Positions 22,009-34,600 of a stretch of 64,000 bases of DNA are shown piece after piece. The DNA comes from Eledone cirrhosa (lineage: Eukaryota). The notes beneath the pieces were generated by a model. It was given only the letters and a program-made list of their open reading frames with translations. It ran no database searches and was not told the DNA's origin. Numbering within the stretch: the stretch's first letter is position 1; each line of letters starts with the position of its first letter. The stretch is taken from the NCBI GenBank assembly GCA_964016885.1, contig OZ024741.1:272800001-272864000 (forward strand), written 5' to 3'. A program made the position numbers and the translations under genes.

Positions 22009-25000
22009 AATTTACAGACACATACTCAGAGTAGGCCCATTCACTCAGGCCATTCTTGCCTCTCTCACCCATCTATCAACAAAATGCTGGGAAGAGAGCA
22101 CTTCCCTCTCTACCCTGATTTTCCTTTTCAAATGAAATTTGAAAAAGTTAATCAGGGCATCACCGAAGATGTAAGTGCTCGTCTTCAGCCCTTTCAAACG
22201 TGTCCACCATACTATCTCTTTCGCCATGGCCACCAGACAGATAAAAACTGCCTGCCCTTCCCGGCTAAAGGAAGAGGGTGGGGCAATCCTCACGATGGAC
22301 TCAGCTGATAGCTTGATCCATCCTACACGCGACAGCAGGTGTTCGACATAAACCCACAAGTCAGCAATTCTCGGACACTGGACGAGTGCGTGCAGGACGG
22401 TTTAGTCGCCCTGCGCGCATCTCGGACATGCCCGGCTGACGGCACCTCCATGTAGAGTTTATCCCGAACTGGCAAAGCTCTTCGGTAGCACTGCCAGGCC
22501 AGGGATTTCTGGAAGTTGTCCATAGGCCCCGGCCCGAAAGTTCTTCCGAAGAGATTGGCTAGTTGATTTTCGTCGACGCCTAGCGTTTTCCCAAGTACGT
22601 CTTCGCTCTTCTCCTCCACTAATCCTCTATAGAACGCCAAGGTGGAGTTTCCACCGATTACATTGCTCGATTGGTTGAGGGTTGTGAGCGCCTGAAGACA
22701 TTCCAGTCTCCAAGCGCTCCCTCTCGGTCTTCGCTTGACCCAGGACTGCAGCTCCGTCAAGGAGACGAGCTGGGGAAAGATGCGTCTAGCAAACGGCGAC
22801 CATACCTGAGCACCGTCGCGGAAGAGGTGGAGATGTCGTAGCCTGAGCGCATGCCTGCGCATCATCAGCACGGCATGCCCAGCCCTCCACGTAGCGGGTG
22901 GTGACAGCAGATGGACCGCCTGACCATCGGAGCGCGTCCCTTCCACAAAAAGCGAAAGAGCAAACACTCCAGCGCAGTCAGGCGGGGCTTAGGACAAGGT
23001 ACGACAGTCAGGCGGTAGTAGATGACGGATGCGATGTACGCGTTAGCCACCTCCGCTCGACCTATTAGGGATAGCTTCCTCTCCGCCCATTTCTGGGTGA
23101 GAGAAGCCATCCTGCTCATCACCTCGTCCCAGTTTTTGTCCGTCTGGAGGTCCGGACCGAACCAGACCCCTAGCAATTTAACCGGTCCGTCTGTCCAGCG
23201 CCCGACGACGCTGTTGGACGGCATGGACCTGCCTCTCCAGGTGCCGAGCTGCAGGCCCACTGACTTTTCCTGGTTGATCATTGCTCCTGTCACCGCTTCG
23301 TATTCTCTTAGTGTAGTGCCGATCGCCTCGATGTGTTTGGCGTTCGACACCACTACGGAACTTCCGCATCCTAGTTCGCACGGGACCCCTCTCAACGTCT
23401 CCAGTTTGTGCAGTAATGGCTCAAGAGTCAATACTTACAAGAGGGACGAGAGGGGACATCCTTGGCGGACCGAGCGCGTGATGTTGAACGGTTCCGAAAG
23501 GTGACCGTTCACTCTCACCACAGAGCAGATGTCGCTTTGCATGGCAGCGATCCAGCCTCTGAAGACGGGCCCAAAACCAGCCGCCCTCAGGACTGCCGCT
23601 AGGTAACGATGGTCGACCCTATCGAAAGCTTTCGACTGATCTAATTTGAGCAAGGACCCACCTGTGCCAGGTTCCCTAGCTACCCTCTCTACGATGTATC
23701 GCATGAGGTGGAGGTTGTCGTGGATGGATCTGTCGGGAATGGCGCATGTCTGCGCCTCTCCCACCAGACCACCAACGACAAGCGCCAACCTCTTTGCTAG
23801 CACCTTGGCCAAAATCTTGAACTCTGTGTTTAGCAGAGTTATGGGCCTAAAATTATCTATGTTATCCCCCTTGTTTGGATCCTTTCTCAGCAGCGTCAGA
23901 GCTCCTCGGCTCACAGAGCTGGGAATTCTCCCGTTCTGTTGCCAGTTGCAGTAGACGTCCGCCAAGAGGCCTCCCAACAAGTCTGGCATCTGTAGGTAAA
24001 GTTCATAGGGCAGACCATCCAAACCAGGCGATTTACCCCTTGTGCAGCCAGTCATTGCCTCCCGTACTTCAGCGGTTGTTATCGGCTTTTCGCAACACTC
24101 CGCCTCAGTGGCCGAGAGCCGCGGCAGTCCGTTGAGGTAGACACTAAAGTCCATCCCTCGATCCGGCCCGCCGCTGCCCCCGAACAGCTGTGCGAAGTGT
24201 CGCCGAAATGCTTCACACATTTGCCCGGGATCGAGTAGCATGCGCCCGTCGTGGTCCACCAAAGACCGGATCGTGGCTTTGTTGCCACGACGCGCCTCCG
24301 CCACTCGAGCCCATTGAACGGCTTTCGTCTCCTCGTGTCTGAGAGCACGCACCCTAGCTCTGACAACGCAGCCTTCGTGCTTTGCATTGAAGAATTAGTC
24401 AAGGGCCAATTTCGCCGCAAGTACGTCGGTGGCGATGCCTTTGCTAAGCGCCTCGTCTAATTTTCTAACTAGTTCTCCCTCTGCTCTATTTTTCTCTATC
24501 GCTAAAGCCTTACTAAACCTAATGGACTCTATTCTAATCGCTCTTTTGAGCAAACCACCACTTGTTGTTGACGATTTCCCCCGTCAACGCCCGCTTAACT
24601 AGTTCGCTAATCAGGTCTCTGTAGGCCTTGCGCGCTGGTAAGGACGCGTTTAGCTTCCAGTAGCCGGGTCCTCGTCTATGAAGCCTATCTAAGTCAAGCA
24701 CACAGATCACGAATTTGTGGTCTGTGTAGCTGACTATGTTGAACTGTGGACAGCCTATGCTAGACCTATCTATTTCCCTCGAAAATACTCTATCTAGATA
24801 TGGTCTGGATGACCCTATGCGATTTGTCCAAGTCTACATTGGCACATTCGGGAAATCCAATCGGTACCTGTCAGACAGTTCAAAACACCTGAGCAGGTTG
24901 GTGAGGCTCTTGCACCCTCTTCCCCTATCCGCTAATCCCACACAGTCCCAGCGTGCATCTAAAATCCCGTTCCAGTCGCCCACTAACACTAAAGAGCGGG

Positions 25001-25397
25001 ACGTTCCAAGAAAGGTCTCCAGACGCCGGAAGAAATCAGGCCGCCCTGCTCCTGTCGGGGCATAGACGGCCATTAGCCTGAAAGCTTGCCCGTCTCCGCT
25101 GGTCACGTCCAGCACCACCAACTTACCCTCTGGGTCCAGGAAGATGGCCCGTATGGCGAGATCCAAACCTCTCCGAAAAAGCACAGCAACTCCTCCCCCC
25201 GATCCAGGACGGCTGGGAGATGCGTACACATCGTAACCGCCGAAGATCGGTGCGAAGGCCCGTGCTTCGGAGATTCTGGTCTCGCTGATGGCCACTACAT
25301 CTATGTTTAGTGACCTGAGGTCGTTGAGCAGGTGGCCCTGCTTCCATGACGACCCCAAGCCACGCGCATTTATGCTGCCTATTCTGAGTGAGGTCAT
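22009..25397 (-). pseudogene. Tx1 ORF2 (APE endonuclease, RT, Cys-rich C-terminus), disrupted
   Basis: MTSLRIGSINARGL..ISET..LVGDWN; KSPGLDGLPYE; NFRPITLLN; LDQSKAFDRVDH; VRQGCPLS. Several stops are present and YADD is deleted. Confidence 0.9.
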
Positions 25398-25499
25398 GTT
25401 AAAATGGAGTGGAAAAGAATGGAAAGACCACTTACCTTACTTCTCGTAGAGGAAGGATGGTTTCTCCATCCTTTTCACTGCTTGTGGCCTCCTCAGGAA

Positions 25500-27276
25500 G
25501 GATGTCCTTATAAATCCTCCTGGAGAGTGCTTGTCGGAAGTCTCCGATGTCTTTGGGGAATTTTTGTTTTAGTGTCGTGTACGTTTTCTGTGTGATGCGA
25601 GTGATTTGTATGTGTGAAGGTGGTGTGAACTTTTGGGTTGTTGTGTAGTCTTTTTCTGTCATGCTGGTGTTGGATGTAGTGTAATAATTGGTTGTTGTTC
25701 AAATTTATTGCTGTCTTGGTTGTTTTGTTTTGTTTGCGTTTGTTGTGGGTTTGTTTCTGTTTCGCTTTTTGGTGACTTTTGTGGTGTTGGGGATGGTGGT
25801 GTTGGGGTTAATGATGGTGATGGTCTTGGTGTTTGTGGTGATGGGGTTGGTGATGCTGGTGTGGATGGTGGCATAGCTGTCCTAACTTTTTTGTTTGATA
25901 GTTTATTTGTTTCCCTCTGTATTTTGTTTTTGGAGGGGGAAGGAAGGGGATTTTTTTCTTTTTTGGTTTCTTTTTCTTTTTTTTCTGATACCGTTTCCCA
26001 CTCCTCGTCGTCACAATCTCTTTCCTGTTGCGATAGGTCGGGGAGTGGAAAATCCTCCACAGGCGTTGGTTTTGGTTGTGGCGTGGTGGATGGTGTAGGC
26101 GCTGGTGCTAGTTCTGGCGCGTTGGGTGGTGGTGGTGTTGGTTTTGTTACTGTTGCTGGGGTTGTTGCTGTTACAGTTGCTTCTGTTGTTGCTGCTACAG
26201 TTGTTGCTGCCATTTCTGCTGCTGGTGGTGTTGATGGTTGAGTCACTGGGGTGGGTAAGAGAGGTGGCCTCAACCTTTTAGCCTGAGGGCAGAAAGCCCT
26301 TAGGTGGGTTCCTTCACCACAAACGACACACCTAGGCTTTCTGCCCTCGACGATTATGGTGAGGTGGCTGCAGTCAGTGAGGTCTATTACCTCTGGGATC
26401 TCCTCAATGCTTTTTTGGTCCGCTTGAATCAGGAGCTCCATCCCAGTTCTCCTGCTCTTCTTTCGCTATTTCGATTATCTTGGTGTTGGCTTCGATGCCG
26501 GCGAGGACGGCAGCCATTAGCCAGGGAATTTTGATGGCCGGTGGAACGTGGGTCACCCTGATCTTCACGAGTCTCTGGCCACAATAGCTTGGGACGAGTG
26601 TGAAGTCGTCACTTCTTAATGGGGCCATGGAGTGTTCTCTGGCCTCCTGTGGTGTTTCAAAGAACACGTTCACGGTTCCATATTTCTGCCCACGTCTGAT
26701 GTGGGTTTTTTTTGCCCACACATGTTCCAAAGCTTTTTGGATTTGGGACTCGGATGCCCTCCCACTCGGCGCGATTTTATGTTAATCGTCCGATAAGACA
26801 CGGTGCATAGGCGCCGATGATCCATTTTATTAGGTGTGTGTGGGGGGGGGGGGGGGGTGACCATGTACCCATCTTTCTTTACCGTTTTTGGGGATTCTTA
26901 TTCTCATTGTTGCTGTTGTTGTTATCGTTATTTTTGTTTTGTTAATTTTAGTTTCAGTTGTGGCGGTGGTGGCGTCAGTGGTGTTCGGTGTGGAAGAGTT
27001 CATTTTGTCTGAATTCGTTTCGATATCACGAGATAATCTTTTTTTTTCTTTTGTTTCTCTTGTCGCTGTGGTGGTGGTGGGGGTGGCGGCTTCAACACCT
27101 GCAGTCATTGGTAATGGCGGGAAATGAATGTCTGCCTGAGACAAATTTAAAATATTGCTACTGCTTATATTTTTAGTGTTGGCAAACGTAGTAATATTTA
27201 CAATGGTGGTGTCGGTGTGAGGTGTTAGTTTGTGAGGAAGGCTCTCAGCTACTGGGTTCAGCTGTGAGTCGGCCAT
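25500..27276 (-). pseudogene. Tx1 ORF1 (CX2CX4HX4C knuckle, Pro/Thr-rich tail), frameshifted
   Basis: ORF pieces 26830..27276, 26404..26730 and 25659..26441 (IIVEGRKPRCVVCGEGTHLRAFCP). Confidence 0.8.
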
Positions 27277-27499
27277 GATTTTTCAAAGAAATTTTTTTTT
27301 TTTTTTTTTTTGATAATTATAAAAGTTTAAATTTTGGGCTCAAGGCACCAATCTTTTCGAGTGTCCTTTTCAGAAAACAATGTATGTGCACTTATATACA
27401 GTTAACAATAAAAATTTTCCATAAATGGCAATTTTAAACAACTGAAAATAACAAACCTTTGCGGAGATCACGATAATACGATAATAATAATAATAATAA

Positions 27500-27887
27500 T
27501 AATTGTTTCTACGTTTGGCACAAGGCCAGCAATTACCCAGTACATTACTGGTACTTTATTTTATCGACCTCGTAAGGATGAAAGGCAAAGTTAACCTCGG
27601 CAGGATTTGAACTCAGAATGGCAAGGGCCGTAACTCTATGCGTCAAAGCATGGCGTCCGACCCTCTACCGATACTGCCAATCCACCGCCCTATTGTAATA
27701 ATTGTTTCTACTTTTTGGCACAAGGCCAGCAAATACCCAGTACATTACTGGTACTTTATTTTATCGACCCCGTAAGGATGAAAGGCAAAGTTAACCTCGG
27801 TGGGATTTGAACTCAGATCTTAAAGGGACATAACTATGCTAGAAAGCATGGCGTCTGATCCTCTACCGATACTGCCAATTCACCACC

Positions 27888-27888
<1 letters not shown>
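27500..27888 (-). mobile_element. Two tandem SINE family B copies
   Basis: Reverse complements of the 8076-8257 element at ~27500-27692 and ~27700-27888. Confidence 0.85.
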
Positions 27889-27921
<33 letters not shown>

Positions 27922-29763
27922 CTTTCTTTATTAACCACAAGGGTTGACACAAAGTATAACATTAAGTACAGTACAGGACAATACAGGACGGTACAAATGG
28001 GTATTTCTGCGTGTAAAAAAACAAAAACAGAGTATGTGACAAAAAAGGAAACAATGAAAAATTCCCCAATAGGAGGGAGACCTCCGAGGGTTCCTCATGG
28101 AGAAAGCCCACAAGAAAATCCACGGTTACCCTGACCGCTAGGGCAAATGCCCTCTTTCAGTTTTCCTCCTACAATGCTACAGGCACTCGCTCAGGGTAGA
28201 CCCATTCACACGGGCCATTCTTGCCTCTCTCACCCACCTTTCAACAAACTGGCTGGAAGTCAGCACTTCCCTCTCCACCTTGATTTTCTTTTTCAGGTGA
28301 AACCTGAAAAAGTTAATGAGGGCGTCACCGAAGAGGAAAGTACCCGTCTTCAACCCTTTCAGACGTGTCAATCTTTTACCATAGCCACCAGGTAGATAAA
28401 AACTGCCTGCCCTTCTCGGCTAAAGGAAGGCGGTGGGGCAATTTTCACAATGGACTCAGCTCATAGCCGGATCCGTTCTACATGTGACAGCAGGTGTTTG
28501 GCATAAACCTGCAAGTCAGCAATGCTCGGACACTGGACAAGGACAGTTTCATTGCCCTGTGCGCATCTCGCACAGGCTCGGCTGACGGCACTTCCATGCC
28601 TCTAGAGTTTATCCCGAACTGGCAAGGCTCCTCGCTAGCACTGCCAGGACAGGGATTTCTGGAAGTTGTCCATGGGCCCCGGCCCGAAAGTTCTCCCAAA
28701 GAGATTGGCTAGTTGGTTTTCGTCGACACCTAGAGTTTCCCCAAGGACGTCGTTGCTCTTTCCCTCCACTAACCCTCTATAGAACACCAAGGTGGAGTTT
28801 CCAGCGATTGTATTGTTCGACTGGTCGAGGGCTGTAAGCGTCTGAAGACATTCCAGTCTCCAAGCGCTTCCTCTCAATCTTCGCTTGACCCAGGACTGCA
28901 GCTCCGCCAAACAGACAAGCTGGGGAAACATGTGTCTAGCAAAGGGTGACCACACCTGATCACCGTCAAGGAAGAGGTGGAGATGTCGTAGCCCGAGCAC
29001 ATGCCTGCGCATCATCAGCCACGGCATGCCCAGCCCTCCACGTAGTGGGTGTTGACAGCAGATGGACCGCCTGACCATCGGAGCACGTCCCTTCCTCAAA
29101 AAGTGAAAGAGCAAACGCTCCAGTGCAGTTAGGCAAGGCTTAGGACAAGGCACGACGGTCAGGCAGTAGTAGATGATGGACGCAATGTACGCATTCGCTA
29201 CCTCCGCTCGACCTTGCAGGGATAGCTTTCTCTCGGCCCATTTCTGGGTGAGAGAAGCCACCTTGCTCGTGACCTCCTCCCAGTTTTTGTCTGTCTGGAG
29301 GTCCGGACTGAACCACACCCCTAGCAATTTAACCGGTTCGTCCGTCCGTCCAGCATCCGACAACATTATTGGATGGCATGGACTTGCCTCTCCAGGTGCC
29401 GAGTTGCAGGCCTCCTGATTTTTACTGGTTGATCATTGTTCTTGTCACTACCTCGTATTCTCTTAGTGTGGTGCTGATCGCCTCGATGTGTTTGTCGTTC
29501 GACACCACTACGGTGACGTCATCTGCATATGCTGTCACGGTTCTTCCGCATCCTAGTTCACATGGGACCCCCCTCAACGTCTCCAGTTTGTGCAGTAATG
29601 GGTCGAGAGTCAATACGTAGAACAAGGACGAGAGAGGACATGCTTGGCGGATTGAGCGCATGATGTTGAACGGTTCCGAGAGGTGACCGCTCACTCTCAC
29701 CACAGAGCAAATGTCGCTGTGCATGGCAGCAATCCAGCCTCTGAAGACAGGCGCAAAGCCAGA
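27889..29763 (-). mobile_element. 5'-truncated Tx1 copy 2 between (AAT)n tracts
   Basis: Matches 21760-23580 and retains TVTAYADDVT. Confidence 0.9.
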
Positions 29764-30256
29764 TAATAATAATAATACTTTCTTTATTAACCACAAGGGT
29801 TGACATACAGTATAACATTAAGGACAGCACAGGATGGTACAGGACGGTACAAATGGGAATTTCTGCGTGTAAAAAAAAGAAAAAAAAAGGATGTAACAAA
29901 AATAAGAAAACAAAGGGAAAATTCCCCAATGGGGGGGGGACTTCCGAGAGTTGCTCATGGAGAAAGCCCACAAAACAGACACGGTCGTTCTGATCCCCAG
30001 GGCAAGCGCCCTCTTCCAGTTTTCCTCCTACAATGCTACAGGTACACGCTCAGGGCAAATCCATTCACATGGACCATTCTTGCCTCTCTCAACCACCTTT
30101 CAACAAACAGGCTGGAAGGCAGCACTTGCCTCTCCACCCTGATTTTCCTTTTCAAATGAAACCTGAAAAAGTTAATGAGGGCCTCACCAAAGAGGAAAGT
30201 ACTTGTCTTCAACCCTTTCAGACGTGTGCACCATACAACCTCTTTTACCATGGTGA
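29764..30256 (-). mobile_element. Tx1 copy 3 (3' end only)
   Basis: Same 3'UTR (TTTCTTTATTAACCACAAGGGT on +) and ORF2 C-terminus. Confidence 0.88.
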
Positions 30257-30259
30257 GTG

Positions 30260-30770
30260 AGGGTTAGAACCCTCACATGAATTGATGTTGTTACTGGTGC
30301 TGGAGATAGTTATGCCATCATTATTGTTGGCTGCATTGCAGTTGTTGTTTTAGAGGTTGCAGCTGTTTGTGGTGCTCTTACTGCTGCTTCTAGTTATCAA
30401 CACTGTTGCTGATGTTGTATTTACTGTAGCCACTACTGCTTGTGTTCTTGTTTGCTGCAGAGTTTTTGGTGTTGATTGAAGAGATGGGGGGGGGGGGGAG
30501 CTTCTCATGCTTGTGGTATTTTGTGAGCAGAAAGGCTTGATGTGGGTTTTTTCACCACATGTGTGATACTTTAGCTTTCTACCTTCCATGGATATGAAGA
30601 TGTTGGAGTTGATGAAGACATCTAATATATCTTGCTCGCTTGGTCTGTTTGGATGTGACTTGTCCCACTGGCAATAAGGTTTGTGACAAAGAATTGAAGT
30701 AGCTTGACAGATACAAACCACTAGCATGGGAGATAAAACATTTGTGGGCAATAAAAAAGGTTGAGGTGAT
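30260..30770 (-). mobile_element. Diverged Tx1 ORF1 fragment
   Basis: ISMEGRKLKYHTCGEKTHIKPFC resembles the ORF1 knuckle of the full-length copy. Confidence 0.6.
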
Positions 30771-30960
30771 CCCAATTGTAGTCAGTGCACTTTGGTACCA
30801 TGAACACCAGAATTGAAAACTATTAAAAAAAGATTGGGGCCAACATCAGGGTGGGGCCCATACAGAAAACAACATTGGTTGGAACTACTAGGATAGTCAG
30901 AAAAGTGCTTGACAATTGAAGGTGCCACCTCAGTCAACTGGTTGTGGACAGCGCGCACCA
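30771..30960 (+). mobile_element. 3' fragment of an RLE-type (R4/Dong-like) LINE
   Basis: PIVVSAL..IQKTTLVGTTRIVRKVLDN* C-terminal signature. Confidence 0.6.
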
Positions 30961-31054
30961 GTATCACATCACTAGTAACAAATTCTGTACAACAAGCAGA
31001 TAATAATGATAATAAATGTTTCTACTTTTGGCACAAGGCCAGCAATTATCCCAG

Positions 31055-31561
31055 ACATACACCAAAACAAACACACATACAGACATACACCAACACAGAC
31101 ACACACAGACACACATACAGACATACACCAACACAGACCCACACAGAGACACATACAGACATACACCAACACAGACACACAGACACACATACAGACATAC
31201 ACCAACACAGACACACATACAGACATACACCAACACAGACACACACAGACCCACATACAGACATACACCAACACAGACCCACACAGAGACACATACAGAC
31301 ATACACCAACACAGACACACATACAGACATACACCAACACAGACACACACACAGACATACACCAACACAGACACACACACAGACATACACCAACACAGAC
31401 ACACACAGACACACATACAGACATACACCAACACAGACACACACAGACCCACATACAGACATACACCAACACAGACACACACAGACATACATACAGACAT
31501 ACACCAACACAGACACACACAGACACACATACAGACATACACCAACACAGACACACACAGA
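31055..31561 (-). repeat. Inverted (CA-strand) block of the adjacent cryptic satellite
   Basis: ACAGACATACACCAACACAGACACAC units are the reverse complement of the 31605-43650 units. Confidence 0.92.
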
Positions 31562-31604
31562 CAATTATTCCAGCAGTGATGGTTGTGATGATCATGATTG
31601 CAAT

Positions 31605-34600
31605 GTGTATGTGTGTGTCTGAGTGTATATGTGTCTGTATTTGTGTGTTGGTGTTTATGTGTGTCTGTGTGTGTATGTCTGTATGTATGTCTGTATGTGT
31701 GTCTGTGTTGGTGTATGTCTGTATGTCTGTATGTGTGTCTGTGTTAGTGTATGTCTGTATGTGTGTCTGTGTGTCTGTGTGGGTCTGTATTGGTGTATGT
31801 CTGTGTGTGTGTCTGTGTGTGTCTGTGTTGGTGTATGTCTGTATGTGTGTCTGTGTTGGTGTATGTCTGTATGTGTGTCTGTATTGGTGTATGTCTGTGT
31901 GTGTGTCTGTGTTGGTGTATGTCTGTATGTGTGTCTGTATGTGTGTCTGTGTGTGTCTGTGTTGGTGTATGTCTGTATGTGTGTCTGTGTGTGTGTCTGT
32001 GTTGGTGTATGTCTGTATGTGTGTCTGTGTGTGTCTGTGTTGGTGTATGTCTGTGTGTGTGTCTGTGTGGGTCTGTATTGGTGTATGTCTGTATGTGTGT
32101 CTGTGTGTGTCTGTGTGGGTCTGTGTTGGTGTGTGTCTGTATGTGTGTCTGTGTGGGTCTGTGTTGGTGTGTGTCTGTATGTGTCTCTGTGTGTGTCTGT
32201 GTTGGTGTATGTCTGTATGTGTGTCTGTGTGGGTCTGTATTGGTGTATGTCTGTATGTGTGTCTGTGTGTCTGTGTTGGTGTATGTCTGTATGTGTGTCT
32301 GTGTGTGTCTGTGTTGGTGTATGTCTGTGTGTGGGTCTGTGTTGGTGTATGTCTGTATGTATGTCTGTGTGTGTCTGTGTTGGTGTATGTCTGTATGTGT
32401 GTCTGTGTGGGTCTGTATTGGTGTATGTCTGTATGTGTGTCTGTGTGGGTCTGTATTGGTGTATGTCTGTGTGTGTCTGTGTGTGTCTGTGTTGGTGTAT
32501 GTCTGTATGTGTGTCTATGTGTGTCTGTGTTGGTGTATGTCTGTATGTGTGTCTGTGTGTGTCTGTGTTGGTGTATGTCTGTGTGTCTGTGTGTGTCTGT
32601 TGGTGTATGTCTGTATGTGTGTCTGTGTGTGTCTGTGTTGGTGTATGTCTGTATGTGTGTAAGTGTGTGTCTGTGTTGGTGTATGTCTGTGTGTGTCTGT
32701 GTGTGTCTGTGTTGGTGTATGTCTGTATGTATGTCTGTGTGTGTCTGTGTTGGTGTATGTCTGTCTGTGTGTCTGTGTGTGTCTGTGTTGGTGTATGTCT
32801 GTATGTGTGCCTGTGTTGGTGTATGTCTGTATGTGTGCCTATGTGTGTCTGTGTTGGTGTATGTCTGTATGTGTGTCTGTGTGGGTCTGTGTTGGTGTAT
32901 GTTTGTGTGTGTGTCTGTGTGTGTCTGTGTTGGTGTATGTCTGTATGTGTGTCTGTGTGTCTGTGTTGGTGTATGTCTGTATGTGTGTCTGTATGGGTCT
33001 GTGTTGGTGTATGTCTGTATGTGTGTCTGTGTGTGTCAGTGTTGGTGTATGTCTGTATGTTTGTCTGTGTGGGTCTGTGTTGGTGTATGTCTGTGTGTGT
33101 GTCTGTGTGTGTCTGTGTTGGTGTATGTCTGTATGTGTGTCTGTGTGTGTCTGTGTTGGTGTATGTCTGTATGTGTGTCTGTGTGGGTCTGTGTTGGTGT
33201 ATGTCTGTATGTGTGTCTGTGTTGGTGTATGTCTGTATGTGTGTCTGTGTGTCTGTGTTGGTGTATGTCTGTATGTGTGTCTGTGTGTCTCTGTGTTGGT
33301 GTATGTCTGTGTGTGTGTCTGTGTTGGTGTATGTATGTATGTATGTGTGTCTGTGTTGGTGTATGTCTGTATGTGTGTCTGTGTGGGTCTGTGTTGGTGT
33401 ATGTCTGTATGTGTGTCTGTGTTGGTGTATGTCTGTATGTGTGTCTGTGTGTCTGTGTTGGTGTATGTCTGTATGTGTGTCTGTGTGTGTCTGTGTTGGT
33501 GTATGTCTGTATGTGTGTCTGTGTGGGTCTGTGTTGGTGTATGTCTGTATGTGTGTCTGTGTTGGTGTATGTCTGTATGTGTGCCTATGTGTGTCTGTGT
33601 TGGTGTATGTCTGTGTGTGTGTCTGTGTGTGTCTGTGTTGGTGTATGTCTGTATGTGTGTCTGTGTGTCTGTGTTGGTGTATGTCTGTATGTGTGTCTGT
33701 GTGGGTCTGTGTTGGTGTATGTCTGTATGTGTGTCTGTGTTGGTGTATGTCTGTATGTGTGTCTGTGTGTCTGTATTGGTGTATGTCTGTATGTGTGTCT
33801 GTGTGGGTCTGTGTTGGTGTATGTCTGTATGTGTGTCTGTGTTGGTGTATGTCTGTATGTGTGTCTGTGTGTCTGTGTTGGTGTATGTCTGTATGTGTGT
33901 CTGTGTGAGTCTGTGTTGGTGTATGTCTGTATGTGTGTCTGTGTGGGTCTGTGTTGGTGTATGTCTGTATGTGTGTCTGTGTTGGTGTTTGTCTGTATGT
34001 GTGCCTATGTGTGTCTGTGTTGGTGTATGTCTGTATGTGTGTCTGTGTGGGTCTGTGTTGGTGTATGTCTGTATGTGTGTCTGTGTGTCTGTGTTGGTGT
34101 ATGTCTGTATGTGTGTCTGTGTGTGTCTGTGTTGGTGTATGTCTGTATGTGTGTCTGTGTGTCTGTGTTGGTGTATGTCTGTATGTATGTCTGTGTGTGT
34201 CTGTTAGTGTATGTCTGTCTGTGTGTCTGTGTGTGCCTGTGTTGGTGTATGTCTGTATGTGTGTCTGTGTGTGTCTGTGTTGGTGTATGTCTGTATGTGT
34301 GTCTGTGTTGGTGTATGTCTGTATGTGTGTCTGTGTTGGTGTGTGTCTGTGTGTGTCTGTGTTGGTGTATGTCTGTATGTGTGTCTGTGTGTGTCTGTGT
34401 TGGTGTATGTCTGTATGTGTGTCTGTGTTGGTGTATGTCTGTATGTGTGTCTGTGTGTCTGTGTTGGTGTATGTCTGTATGTGTGTCTGTGTGTGTCTGT
34501 GTTGGTGTATGTCTGTATGTGTGTCTGTGTGTGTCTGTGTTGGTGTATGTCTGTATGTGTGTCTGTGTGTGTCTGTGTTGGTATATGTCTGTATGTGTGT

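Larger units (their letters stand above)
21727..27475 (-). mobile_element. Full-length Tx1/L1-clade LINE flanked by (AAT)n on both sides
   Basis: ORF1 with a zinc knuckle, ORF2 with EN/RT/Cys-rich domains, and a 3' TTAATAAAGAAATC(ATT)n end. (AAT)n lies at 21727-21759 and ~27481-27502. Confidence 0.93.
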
